Origin: Octopus sinensis
Lineage: Eukaryota
NCBI RefSeq assembly: GCF_006345805.1
Contig: NC_042998.1
Location: forward strand, 101,866,001 to 101,930,000
Length of the DNA stretch: 64,000 nt
Reading direction: 5' to 3'
The number at the start of each line of letters is the position of its first letter. Positions within the stretch are counted from its first letter, which is position 1. A program made the position numbers and the translations under genes. This document shows, piece by piece, positions 26,300 to 38,906 of this stretch. The notes under the pieces were generated by a model that saw only the letters and a list, made by a program, of their open reading frames with translations, was not told the DNA's origin and ran no database searches.

Positions 26300-27430
26300 G
26301 TATGTAAGCAGTGTGTTACGTATCCTAGAACACCAATAATAACAGGTATAAACTTGAACCTGTAATCTGGATACAGTAACTGCCGATTTCTCAATAGTTC
26401 AGCGTAAATATTCTATTTTCACTGATCTTCAGCTTTATGTTAACATCCGCTGCGCAGCTAATTTCAACAACTGTACACAGTTACTCGTCTCTATCCCAAA
26501 TCATTATATCAGGTCTGTTGTGCTTACATTTTATTGAGGTCTTCACTGGGACATTCCAACAGGACTCCTTTTTATTATGAGTGGCTTCTATCATACTGTG
26601 GGGTCTTATTTCTCGGGTTTCTCCTTCCGATAAATTTAATTATAGAGTGGCTTAGCTACAACATGTCACGGTATATATACCGTGATGACATTTTCGGACA
26701 ATTGCTTCTGATGTGGGTAACATCGGCGTTAACGCCACAGGTCTGAATCGGTTGTCACATTTTACTGCTTTTCCTGCATCTCTATCCCTTTGTGCAACAG
26801 GTATTCGGTTGATGTTTCATGTTCTTGGGTTGCACACGCACACCCTTTAAATTGGGAGGTAGTAATCCGGGTATTGGTCCATGATACACTGCTTTGATGA
26901 TCAATGTTACTACCATGTCGGAGCTTTCTACTAACATATCCATGCATAGACTTCTGCTCATATAGGCTCATCCTTTCATCTAATGATATGTTGCTGTAGA
27001 GGCATGCGGCTTCTTGGGGGCATGTATTGTAGGTCATCAAAACAGGAATGTTGCTCAAGGAGCTGCTTTCAAGTCTTATGATGTTATCAGCCTCATGTAT
27101 GCAAACGTGGTCACAGGATGCACGTCGACACTTAGTGGTTGAAAGATGTTGTTGGAGGGATATGATACGACATTCAAAGGCATTTTGGATCTATGTTAAA
27201 GCTTTGCTACCTTGTTTTTGTTTTAGGTAGAGACGGTCTACGTCACTGTTTATGTGGAAATTATGTATGCTTATTGGTATTTTCCTGGTTTTCACATCAT
27301 TGGCTCGAATCTCATCAAGCGTCCATCAAGCAGCCCAAATGTTAGTATGAGCACTGGCACTTCAAGCACATTGTGGGTCACCGTTCTCTTGAATGCGAGA
27401 GTTCTGAGGTCCACATTTTCTTTATTCTGC
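26300..27430 (-). mobile_element. Highly degenerate restriction-endonuclease-like (R4/Dong-type) LINE
   Basis: MHGYVSRKL, CPKMSSRY, HNRPDIMIWDRD (PD-(D/E)xK-like), LCTVVEISC; same family as 55400-58080. Confidence 0.75.
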
Positions 27431-27869
27431 TGTTTATAAGTGTGTTTATGTATGCATTTGCGCGTGTGTGCCCTTGACTCTATGAATGCGTGATTGAGCG
27501 TCAGTGTATGACTGTGCACCTGCATTGTATATATATATAGTAAGGTATATAATACCACTTGATAAAATCAGCACCAAGGCTCGAAAACCACTAGAAAGAA
27601 GTTTGCCTTTTCGTTGAATACATCAGTAACATATATTTCAATACCAATTGATTTCACCTTCTGTATGACCAACATACTCTGGGATCTTCAGTTGAAAATG
27701 ACATTTTAATATCTATTTCTAAAATATTCCCTAATTTAGCTCGTATGCGTTCTTTACTTTAAATGTCCCGCTCCTTTTAAAAGAAAACTATCGTGAAGAA
27801 GAAATTTAAATAAAGATGTATTTGCCTTATATTAAGCTTGTGATGGAGTGAAGTTGCTGGTCACTTTAT

Positions 27870-28750
27870 TATTACCTTATTGGTATCATTAGTAACGGTA
27901 ATATTACATCTTTCAGCACTGTATTCACCTTTTGTGTCCACCCTAGAGCAAAATTCTGTCTAATTTCTTGAATCCATTGACATTTATGTCCAGGTTTGTC
28001 GATCATTTCTCTATCTTTATCACTCAGTCCTTCTACTTTCTGAAAACTTAAATCTCCATCATTCTCTAGGACACCTTCATTCAATACAACCTCGTCAACT
28101 ATCTGTGTAATCATTTTAAATTCACACCCTGTGTTTTCGATCGTCATCTTGTTTTTAAATCTCATTAAGCTCTAATTCTGTTAACCATCCTTTCTTCCTT
28201 GTTGCCCTTATCTGTTCACACAGTGTCTGTTCCTTAATATCTAAGCCCTGCGTCTTCATCCAAATGTTGTGCGTTCTCTTACTATATCCTGTTATGTGCT
28301 TCCTTTCGTCCTCGTCGGGTTTGCTGAAAAAATAACATTCCATAACAGGTGTATTCATTAAAGAAGTTAATCTTGTTCTGGTAGACGTATAACAACCACC
28401 AGCCTCTGTTGCTCACTCACAGTACACTTCCGGGGTGAGGGTTTGTCACCTGAAGTTCTGTCTCTATTTACACCGTTATTTGTATTAATGATTTTATTTA
28501 TTACTCTCATACAGCGGAAAGTGGTGATAAAGTGTCACAACCACCAATATTGTTATCCGAGACACCCTTTCTAGAGGGGTTTTTCTCAAAAGACTCAAAG
28601 GGGACCTTTTTCTCTTAAAAGTTCAAGTGAACTATCTTAAGAGAAATATCTAATTTAAGTGATCTATCTTGGTTTTTAACCAATTCATCTTTAGTACTTA
28701 ATCATGTGCTGCTACTGACAAAAACTTTCTGTTTTCCTTTTCCACCTACC
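27870..28750 (-). mobile_element. 5' region / ORF N-terminus of an old R4/Dong-like LINE
   Basis: VMECYFFSKP...EQTLCEQIRATRKKGWLTELELNEI resembles the N-terminal motif of R4/Dong ORFs. Confidence 0.65.
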
Positions 28751-28781
<31 letters not shown>

Positions 28782-28791
28782 ATTATTATTA

Positions 28792-28836
<45 letters not shown>

Positions 28837-28855
28837 TATTATTATTATTATTATC

Positions 28856-29598
28856 TTTTTTTTTCTTCTTTCAAATTTGCTTCCATTTCTTGCCGAGTGT
28901 CTTCCCGACTCCTAGGGCAAAGAAACTCATAGTATACATTGGTAGGCCATTAAACTAAACTCAATAGTTCGTTCATTTTTTTAAAAGTTAAATTAAAATA
29001 CATGGGTAGTGATAGTTCTCACATCGACAATGCTCTTCTCAATACGTGTGATGTACCAGTGAAGACAATCTTTTGCACTTCTTGCAGGGATGGTAAGCCA
29101 GGGATCATTCTCATATATTTTTCGGTTCCCTTCTTGATCATTCCTAGTGCTCCTACGATCACTGGTATTGTAACCGCCTTGAGATGCCACATTTTCTCAA
29201 TTTCAATGAGCAGGTCTTTATATTTTCTGAGCTTGTCAAACTCTTTCGCCGAGATATTATGATCACAGGGGATGCTCATGTTGATCAATAAGCAAACTTT
29301 ATTGTTTTGGTCTTTCACAACAATATCTGGTTTATTGGCTTTGATGGTTCGGTCTGTATGTACTGGAAAGTCCCACAGAATCGTTACATTTTCTCCTTCA
29401 GTTACAGCTTCAGGGTGGTGATTGTACCACTTGTCGGCAGTTTTGATATTGTAATGCAGACTTATTAGCCAGTGTAGATATTGGCCAACTCTGTCATGTC
29501 TTAATTTATACTCCACTGGTGCTAAGCCTTTACATCCAGAGATTAGGTGGTCCACTGTTTCAATCTTATACTCCACTGGTGCTAAGACTTTACATCCA

Positions 29599-29600
<2 letters not shown>
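28856..29600 (-). mobile_element. 5'-truncated R4/Dong-like LINE (RLE domain and 3' UTR)
   Basis: ETVDHLISGC, RHDRVGQYLHW, ANKPDIVV, open to the natural stop; A/(AAT)n tail; near-identical to 30280-31000. Confidence 0.9.
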
Positions 29601-29637
<37 letters not shown>

Positions 29638-30193
29638 GAGTGAGAGAGCAGTTCATGCCATCAAAGTGACACTGGGGTAAAATATACGAAGCCCAATATA
29701 CCCATCATGACTACCCGTCTGATAAAGGTACACCAGGCACATGCATCACAACCATATGTGCGCGACATGGTGATCTCATATCAAGATAAACAGCACATGA
29801 CCTTGCAGGTGGAGCCCAGTTAGAATTTTCTTCAGGTTGAGTAGCCCATCCCGCTCAAACGGTCCCTGAATAAGGGTTGTTTAAGGATGTTGAAAGAACC
29901 ACCCATGTTTCCAGAGATGAACTATTCAAACCCCAAAGAATCCCTCTCAACACATGGCTATGATGCTCCCCCACTACTTCTGCTCGTGATCAGAGATGCA
30001 CATATCGTCAGCCACTAAGGGACATGCTCAACTGGTTAAGGTCAAACAACTGACAAGCAAATCTGTGGTATTGAGCAGAATATTTGCTGTAGCCCATCTT
30101 TTATACCAAGACAAAACAATGTACATGATAACACTTCCAATCAGTTAAGATCAGAAGCCATGAGAGCCACTGCCTGGTACTGCATCAGGGCAT
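29638..30193 (-). mobile_element. 556-bp non-coding element flanked by (TAA)n
   Basis: High-complexity ORF-less block with sharp (TTA)n boundaries on both sides. Orientation inferred from the (AAT)n tail. Confidence 0.55.
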
Positions 30194-30279
30194 CTATTAT
30201 TATTATTATTATTATTATTATTATCATTATTATTATTATTATTATTATTAGTATTATTGTTATTATTATTATTATTATT

Positions 30280-32158
30280 TTTTTTTTTCTTTCAAATTTG
30301 CTTCTATTTCTTGCCGAGTGTCTTCCCGACTCCTAGGGCAAAGAAACTCATAGCATACGTTGGTAGGCCATTAAACCAAACTCAGTAGTTCGTTAATTTT
30401 TTTGTTTTTGTTTTTAAAGTTAAATTAAAATACATGAGCAGCAACAGTTCTCACATCGACAATGCTCTTCTCAATACGTGTGATGTACCAGTTAAGACAA
30501 TCTTTTGCACTTCTTGCAGGGATGGTAAGCCAGGGATCATTCTCATATAATTTTCGGTTCCCTTCTTGATCATTCATAGTGCTCCTACGATCACTGGTAT
30601 TGTAACCGCCTTGAGATGCCACATTTTCTCAATTTCAATGAGTAGGTCTTTATACTTTCTGAGCTTGTCAAACTCTTTCGCTGAGATATTATGATCACAG
30701 GGGATGCTCATGTCGATCAATAAGCAAACTTTATTGTTTTGGTCTTTCACAACAATATCTGATTTATTGGCCTTGATGGTTCGGTCTGTATGTACTGGAA
30801 AGTCCCACAGAATGGTTACATTTTCTCCTTCAGTTACAGCCTCAGGGTGGTGATTATACCACTTGTCGGCAGTTTTGATATTGTAATGCCGACTTATTAG
30901 CCAGTGGAGATATTGGCCAACTCTGTCATGTCTTAATTTATACTCCACTGGTGCTAAGACTTTACATCCAGAGATTAGGTGGTCCACTGTTTCAATCATG
31001 TCGTTGCAGGATCGGCATTTTGGGTCTGCTCCATTTTTCATCACATTGGCCTGGTAGTTCCGGGTTAATAGGCTTTGATCTTGAGCAGCCAGGATGAAAC
31101 CTTCGCTCTCTGCTTTTAGCCCTGAGCTCCGTAGCCACTGATGGGTTTGCTTCTGGTCAACATCAGCTTGTTTGCTGCGGGTCACATATTTGCCGTGCAG
31201 AGGTTTCTCCTCCCACCTATCAGCCAATTGCTCGTACGCTTTCTTCATTGCCATCATTTTCACCTTCTTTGCAACAATAGTTGCTGTACTTCCCTCGGGT
31301 TGTTCAGTTTGGGTATCCTGCACGAGATCAATAGGAAATTTTTTGCTTTCCTTTATGATAGAATGAAGCTTCTTTCGTCTCTCGTGATTTTCCACGAGCT
31401 TTAGCATCCAGTCATTCGATATTTCGAGATATTTGGCCAGTCCAATTGTGGTTGTTTTGTAAGCTAGTTCAAATTGGATCAGGCCTCGACCTCCTTGGGC
31501 TCTGGGAAGGTAAAGGCGATCTACGTCTGCCTTTGGGTGGTGCATCCTATTACAACTCAGCAGCTTGCGTATTTTTCTATCTATATTCTTTACTTCACTC
31601 ATATTCCAGTTCAACACATTGTAGCTATAAGTAACAACTGGAACTGCTAAGGAATTTATAGCTAACACCTTGTTACGTGCATTTAGTTCAGATTTCAGGA
31701 CTGCACGAACTCTCCTATAACATTCCTTCCTGATTTTCTCTTTCATGCTTGCATGCTGAATACCAGAGCCTTCATTTATCCCTAAATATTTGTATGTTTG
31801 TTCTTGCTCAAGCTCTCTTATGACTGTGTCAACATCTAACACGACTGAATTTGTGGTCTTCACTTTCCCTTTCTGGAAAGTGGCCTTGGCACACTTCTCA
31901 AGTCCAAACTCCATCCCGATGTCATCGCTGAATGCTTTCACGGTGTGCAATAGGCCTTCAAGTTCATTATTGTCTTTACCATAAAGTTTTAAGTCATCCA
32001 TATAAAATAGATGGCTTATTTTTTTAATGGCAATTTTATACCCATACCCTGTTCTGTTTAATTCACTTGTAAGGGGTATTAGGGCTATGCAGAATATTAA
32101 AGGTGAAAGTGAGTCACCTTGAAAAATTCCACAGTTGATGTTTATATTTTCTGAGGCA
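30280..32158 (-). mobile_element. 5'-truncated R4/Dong-like LINE (RT C-terminal half, CCHC, RLE)
   Basis: 553-aa ORF with GIFQGDSLSP, FYMDDLKLY, CRSCNDMIETVDHLISGC, KSDIVV. Premature TGA at 30574 where the sister copy has GGA. Confidence 0.93.
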
Positions 32159-32159
32159 A

Positions 32160-32202
<43 letters not shown>

Positions 32203-32807
32203 TGTACATTGATCTGAATTGTCCTGTTTTGTCATCTAAAGTACGACATATATTATGGTGACGAGATCTCCACCAAATCATTGATCGTGTTGCAGCAGAA
32301 ACGTTTATTTAAATTCATATCTATGATTTGAATCAATTCCATATTGTATTCCATTTTTCGATGCTGATATTCTTCTTAGTATCCTTTTTTTATTAGTGAA
32401 CACTCATTGACTCTTTCAGTCTAGCTTGCACTTCGATGGTGTATGCCTTCATTTATTAATTTCTCTTCTATGTTTTAGGACAATGCTTGTGAATTTTGAT
32501 TTTCGGATTTACACGACACATGTATGCTTGCATGAGAAGATGTCTTTGTTTCTCTCTATTGTCTACAATGAAAATAAGATTCTTAGTTCAGTGAATCGCA
32601 TGTCTCCGACAATCTATCGGTGACATGCACAATTTCAATTCAGTTTCCTCTTTGAATGTCAGATAAAAATTTCAGATCCATAGACTACACAACATAAACT
32701 ATTCGGTTTATTGTGATTTTCAATATTTTGTTCATGCTATGTAATACGCACCAATACATACATAATACATGCACGCATACATGCGTTTACGAAGGTGTAT
32801 ATATATA

Positions 32808-32852
<45 letters not shown>

Positions 32853-32879
32853 AATATATATAATATATATATATATACA

Positions 32880-33903
32880 TAGAAAATAGTAAAAAGTGAA
32901 AAACTACAGAAGGCTTGTTTTAAAAGGTTAAAAAATATATATTTGAGTCATTATGTCTGAAGAATGTAATAAATGTTTTTCATACAATGACATAGTTTTT
33001 GAAGAAATGACCGGTTTCGCGTTAAGCTTTTCAAATGTCTTACATCGTTATATTTACGTTGAGAAGTGTGGAGAAGAGTTCCAGATAAGGGCAGGTAATA
33101 AGTGATTTCTTCCGATGTAAGAGAGATAATCGCTTAATATTTCTTGCCTTTTTTTTGGAGTGAGTTTCTCTGTATAAGAATGTTGGAATGGTTAAGTCTG
33201 GGCTTGTCTGTCAATTAGGGTGTTTTTGAGTTCTTGCAGTCTAAAGTTCCTGGTATTTTGTTCTCACACTACTGTGCATATCCTTCTTGCAAGGTTGAAG
33301 GGGATGTTTGTTTTAGTGTGTCTTGGGTGGCATGAATCAAAAAGTAGGTATTGTTTGGCGTCTGTGGCTTTGTAAAAAATGTCTGTTTCTATTTTAAGTT
33401 TAATTTTTTAAATTAGTATATCCAAGAATGGAAGCTTCTTTTTGTTGTATTCCATTGTGAACTGTATATTTGGGTTTATGCTGTTCAATAGGTTTTTGAA
33501 TTTTAGGAGTTTATCTGTGTTTTCATTCCAGAGTATAAAACAATCGTCCAGGAATCGTTTCCAATTCTCTTTTATGTATTGAGAGAGGGGGTTTCCAAAG
33601 ATTGATAAAGATTCCTGGTAAATGATTATTTCCAGGTAGCCCATTGTTAGGTTTGCAATGACTGGTGCTGCCCCATAGCAATTCCGAATTTTTGACGGTA
33701 AAATGTATTGTCAAACATGAAGTGGTTATTATGTAGGATGAATTCAATTGATTTAGTAATGAATTCTTTACTGATTCTTTTTGGTATTTCTTCCGGAAAT
33801 TGGTCCAGCCAGAACTGTATTGCCTCTAGTCCATAATTATGAGGTATACTGGTATATAAGTTAACTACATCAAATGAAACCATGATTGTTTCTTCGTTGG
33901 CTT
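32880..33903 (-). mobile_element. Penelope-like element: RT fragment and pseudo-LTR, endonuclease missing
   Basis: [53 protein letters not shown]; hammerhead-like motif in the 3' repeat. Confidence 0.88.
33004..33039 (-). ncRNA. Minimal hammerhead with U3-A8 core (TTGAAAA)
   Basis: GACAT TTGAAAA GC TTAAC GC GAAA CCGG TC ATTTC; stem I 4/5 paired; palindromic stem III. Confidence 0.6.
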
Positions 33904-33935
33904 TTATATATGTATGCACATACATATATACATAC

Positions 33936-34058
<123 letters not shown>

Positions 34059-34871
34059 ATATATATTATATATATATATATATATATGTATACATTTACA
34101 TGCATATACATACGCAGACACACATTTATTTTATCGGATTAATGTATGTTCGTCGTTTAATTGGATTTTTTCCTTATATTTCTAATGTCTTCATACATAC
34201 GATTCTTTTGAAAAAGTCATATACGTATGAAGGCTTGTATTGACATAATCCGTACATGACTTAACGTACTAATCAAAGTTCAACAAATTCATTCATATTT
34301 ATGAAATGAGGGAGATTTGAGTTAAATAGATTATAGTTTTTAGTTTTCATATTCTTTACAGTAAGTTGTTTCATACAAATGTACCAAGATATTCAAAAAG
34401 ATAACATTATAATAGTCGAATATGTATTCTTCAGTTGGTAATATTTAAAGGAAAATAAAAATAAAAAGACGTTTAAAATATACTTATTTTTTCTTACTAT
34501 TTTAAGGGGATTTATATGTTCGTACTTCCAGTCTCGCTTATTTGAATCTAGACTAAAAGATAATAAGACCTGGGTGCTAATATATCTAATATTTAATTCG
34601 ATTTCCTCTCTATAATATCCAGTGTATATCTCTATTTAAACCTCCTTAAAAAGTTTACTGGTCAAGCTGTATTTTTATGTTGTTCAAACTATAAAGATTT
34701 CTAAGCCTTTGAACAACTTTTCAACTTTTTTGTTGAATATTTTCTTAAATACTTTCTTGTAAATTGTTTTTAGTATTTTCTTATTATTATCAAAGAATGT
34801 ATATATGTATTTTAATACTTTCGTGACAACCAGTACTTAACACAACAAAGCTTATACAAATCTTTACATTT

Positions 34872-34908
34872 TACTTTTGATAATAGTATTCTAAAAACCG
34901 GTCAAGTG
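34872..34908 (+). ncRNA. Hammerhead-like motif with U3-A8 core and G12A (probably dead)
   Basis: TACTT TTGATAA TAG TATT CTA AAAA CCGG TC AAGTG; same ~120-bp repeat as 16850-16965. Confidence 0.5.
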
Positions 34909-34944
34909 AATAAACATGCTTAAAATTGCAATTTCAAACCTTCA

Positions 34945-34992
<48 letters not shown>

Positions 34993-35197
34993 CATACAGG
35001 TCTGCAAACTTAACACTTTGAGATAGGACATACATTTAGTAAAAATGTATACTGTATTACTCGTGCGCATATACACATGTACTTTGCTAGATATACTTAT
35101 ATATGCACACAAAAATCACAAAGAAGCAGATACATATGGTAAAATATTTTCTCTCATCTATATATTTGCCCGATAAGAATATATTCTACGTTTTAAA

Positions 35198-37434
35198 TCA
35201 GGCATCACCAACATATGACACGCGGACCAATTCACAGTGGTACACATGCCTCTTGGCAAAAAATAAACGTAAATTTTTGTTCATAACTATATTTCAGGAA
35301 TCGACATCATAAAAATTAAATTACACCGTTAAACACCTTTTTTATGCTCCATCTATTCTAACCTCAACTATCTGAAGTTAGATGTATTGGTAGTATTACA
35401 TTTCCTTAAAAATATAGTACTACTGAACACAAATATTTCTGACGATACCAATTTCTAAATGTTAGCACAATGAACTTGTTGTTTGTAAGGTGGCGCTGAA
35501 GCATTTACGTGTATTTTATTACTTAAGCCAGGAGCCACGAACGCCTATTTTAAAAATCGGTTGTATATTTAACATTGCTGATCATGATATATTAAAATTA
35601 GTTAACCACCTTACAGCGGTCAGTCTAAATAAAAACACTCTTAAAAATTGGCTCCTACTTTGCGGGTCATCTATAAGTAGACACTTTTAGAATTATCATC
35701 TCATTTTGAGGCCAGTTTTATATTAAACGGAAAGAAAAGGCGGTATTGAGAATGGCTTTTAAAGAAAAACAAACATGAGAAATTAAAAATTATACTTATT
35801 TTCTTTAGTTTCAGTTTCCCCTTTGTGAGTCGTTTGAATTTTTTAGTGTATTTTTTCTGTTTATTCTTACCATTTATTTTAGTCTAATTATTATTATTAT
35901 TATTATTACGAAAGGTTATTCATTTCTGGAGAAATGGGTATGGATTTGTACAACAAAATGATCATGCTGTGTGTGCATTCTACTGTGAATATGTCGTATG
36001 TCGTACATGAAGCGTACAAAGACCCTTTCAAATTAGGCACCAAAATACATTTCTAAAACTCTGATGAGAAAAGTGAAGCCATAAAAAGGGCTATTTCTAG
36101 GGCAAGATACTGTGACAATGATCGTATTTATGAAGAATTATGTTGTTTGATTCATCTTACTAATACAACTACAGTACAGGATATTCTGACTACACTTGTA
36201 AATTATTTCGAAAATTAAGCCATTAATATAAATAAAATATTTTGTATTACTACTGATGGTGCACGGGAAATGGTTGAAAAGGTAAAATGATTTGTTAAGC
36301 TTCTTGAAAATCATACTTGACGCAATGTAATGAGTTTTAATTGCATTATACATCAGAAAAATTTAGTTGCAAAATTCCGTCACAAAGCTTGAGTTCTGTC
36401 ATGAAGACTTTAAAAATAGTTAACCTCGTAGTTTCTCGCTCTTCACTGACTCACATACAATTTAAGTCCCTTCAGCAAGGATTGGACAGCGAATATGCAG
36501 ACATCCCACTACACAGTAATATCCGTTGGCTTAGTCGGAGTAATGTTTTGAACGGATCTGCATCATGCTTTTTTAAAATTAGATATTACTTGGCGTGATA
36601 TACTTAGTAACGCATACAAATACTTTCCAAATGTAAAAGCTTATTCAAATCGATTTCAGGTTAATAAAAACGAACTTCAAACATATATTGCAACGTTGAA
36701 AGAAGAATTTTCCAAGCGAGGTAAAAATTTCGTAACTTACGCTCCTATATTTTCTTTTCTCATCAAACCGGACTTGTTTGAATTGAAAACGAACCCATTT
36801 GATCTATCACTTTTTAAGTGGATACACGTCGATAAGTTTGAAATGTGAATGATTGAATTAACAAATTCAGAATTGTGGAAAACAAAATTTGTGGTATTAC
36901 GAAAAACTCTTCGAAGAAGGTGCTTGGAGATGTATGTTGCCATCTTGAATTGCTGGATGTCGTTGCCTTAAAGATTCAATTCTTTGAAGAAAATCTCATA
37001 TACTTTGGCTCAGTACATACATGCGAACAAATTGTTTCCCATAGGAAATCTGTTTTGAGTTCTCATAGAAATTGCCTGACAATTCAACATTCGGACGTTG
37101 CGTGTAGCGAAAAATCACACATTATGCACCTGATATTGAGAAATGAAGTAAACATATACAGGGTCAAGGTTCTCATTAATTTATAGAAATTTAACGTAAC
37201 TGTTGTTAATAACTTATTTATAATTTTGTTCTGCTGTTTATAATTTTGAAAAAACCTTTTCGAATTAATTTTAAAAATAAAATTGTATTTGTTTCCATGC
37301 AATTTGAAATATCAAAGGATTAATAAGATAGATTTCTGTTATAGCGAGTTTCAAAAGTGTAAGCTCTACTAATAAATGTAGAATTATGAGGTTGGCACGG
37401 GCAATGTTTTTGGAGATAGGTTGCCGACGCCTGC
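35198..37434 (+). mobile_element. Degenerate hAT (Charlie/SPIN/GTF2IRD2-like) DNA transposon
   Basis: Imperfect TIRs CAGGCATCACCAAC / GTTGCCGACGCCTG; 8-bp TSD GTTTTAAA (35190-35197, 37435-37442); ITTDGA, CIIHQ and HSNIRWLSR motifs. Confidence 0.85.
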
Positions 37435-37607
37435 GTTTTAAAATCATTCAATATAGAAAATATAAAAAGGGTTTTTCTCACTTTGAATCTACACTCTCAG
37501 AGAATATGTCCATATATTCTTATGAGTGTGTATAGGCACATACACCTATACTCTATGTAGCCTACAGAGGTATAGCCTTCATACATGTATATATATATAT
37601 TATATAT

Positions 37608-37651
<44 letters not shown>

Positions 37652-37655
<4 letters not shown>

Positions 37656-38204
37656 TCAATCTAGTTTGGATTCTGTGCCATCAAATTTGAATTCTTTGTA
37701 ATCAAATTTGAATTTTTTGCAATCAAATTTGAATTTTTCAATTGGTGCTCAAGCCTTGAAAAAAGCGAGAGTTAAACTTCATCAGCCGTAAGTGAATACA
37801 TGTCTATCTTATCTAACTCGTCCAGTAGAGTCCACCAATTGATATCGGAAAAGTTTGATGAAATAACTCATGACCACTGCGATAGCTTCTACCAAATGAT
37901 GCTGCGTTACGTCGACCGGTCTGAACAAGGGGCAATAATAAACAAATGATTATTTTTCTATTATCTCCCCTTGTTCAGACCGGTCGACGTAATGGAACAT
38001 CTTTTGGTAGAAGCTATCGCAGTGTTCATGAGTTATTTCATCGAACTTTTCAGATATCAATTGGTGGGCTCTACTGGACGAGTTAGATAAGATAGACATG
38101 TATTCCTTTACGGCTGATGTAGTTTAACTCTTTTTTTTTCAAGGTTTCAGCACCAATTGACAAATTCAAATTTGATTGCAAAGAATCCAAATTAGATCGA
38201 AAAC
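37652..38204. mobile_element. Fold-back / MITE-like element
   Basis: Inverted arms of about 250-290 bp around a short AT-rich spacer (about 37946-37967); 20-bp subrepeat ATCAAATTTGAATT...TTTG three times in the left arm, once in the right. Confidence 0.8.
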
Positions 38205-38246
38205 AACTATATTATACATTCATTCACATACATATATATATGTATG

Positions 38247-38323
<77 letters not shown>

Positions 38324-38325
<2 letters not shown>

Positions 38326-38906
38326 CAATGATAAATATCAAAGTGAGTTATATACAGTAGCGGTAACACATCGTGACGTATTTTTGCCATTTCAATATGG
38401 CTAACCCCTAAGGGTGGATGCTACTGTAGTTTTTAGCCCCAGGAGGACACACTCCTCCAGCTGGCCATAGACACACTATCTGTGTCCTGTCAGTATTTGC
38501 AAAGGGAAGTCATCCTTCCCGTCTTCAACTTATGATACACACGGACTCGAGTTTCGAGGTATTGACCTCTCGTCAGCGTGTGACAATCATAGTTGTCGCC
38601 GAGAATTAGATTTCCTTCACAAATACTTATACTTTTTCCAGCGCCCACTGTCGCTGATATTGAAAAATTGAAATCAAACAATGATAATATCAAAGTGAGT
38701 TATATACAGTAGCGGTAACACATCGTGACGTATTTTTGCCATTTCAATATGGCTAACCCCTAAGGGTGGATGCTACTGTAGTTTTTAGCCCCAGGAGGAC
38801 ACACTCCTCCAGCTGGCCATAGACACACTATCTGTGTCCTGTCAGTATTTGCAAAGGGAAGTCATCCTTCCCGTCTTCAACTTATGATACACACGGACTC
38901 GAGTTT
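38324..38906 (-). mobile_element. Tandem 352-bp retrozyme-like repeat (1.65 units)
   Basis: Near-identical direct repeat 38324-38676 / 38677-38906; one full and one half hammerhead on the minus strand. Confidence 0.85.
38538..38582 (-). ncRNA. Canonical minimal type I hammerhead ribozyme
   Basis: CACACG CTGACGA GAGG TCAATA CCTC GAAA CTCGAG TC CGTGTG: perfect stems I and II, palindromic stem III, GTC triplet. Confidence 0.9.

Noticed and set aside
30120-30193. HDV-like ribozyme at the 5' end of the 556-bp element
   Set aside because: A P2-like pairing exists (CCAGGCAGT/ACTGATTGG) but no P1, P1.1 or P4 could be placed.
32250-32270. TGGTGACGAG primer-binding-site-like motif
   Set aside because: No adjacent LTR or gag; likely chance.
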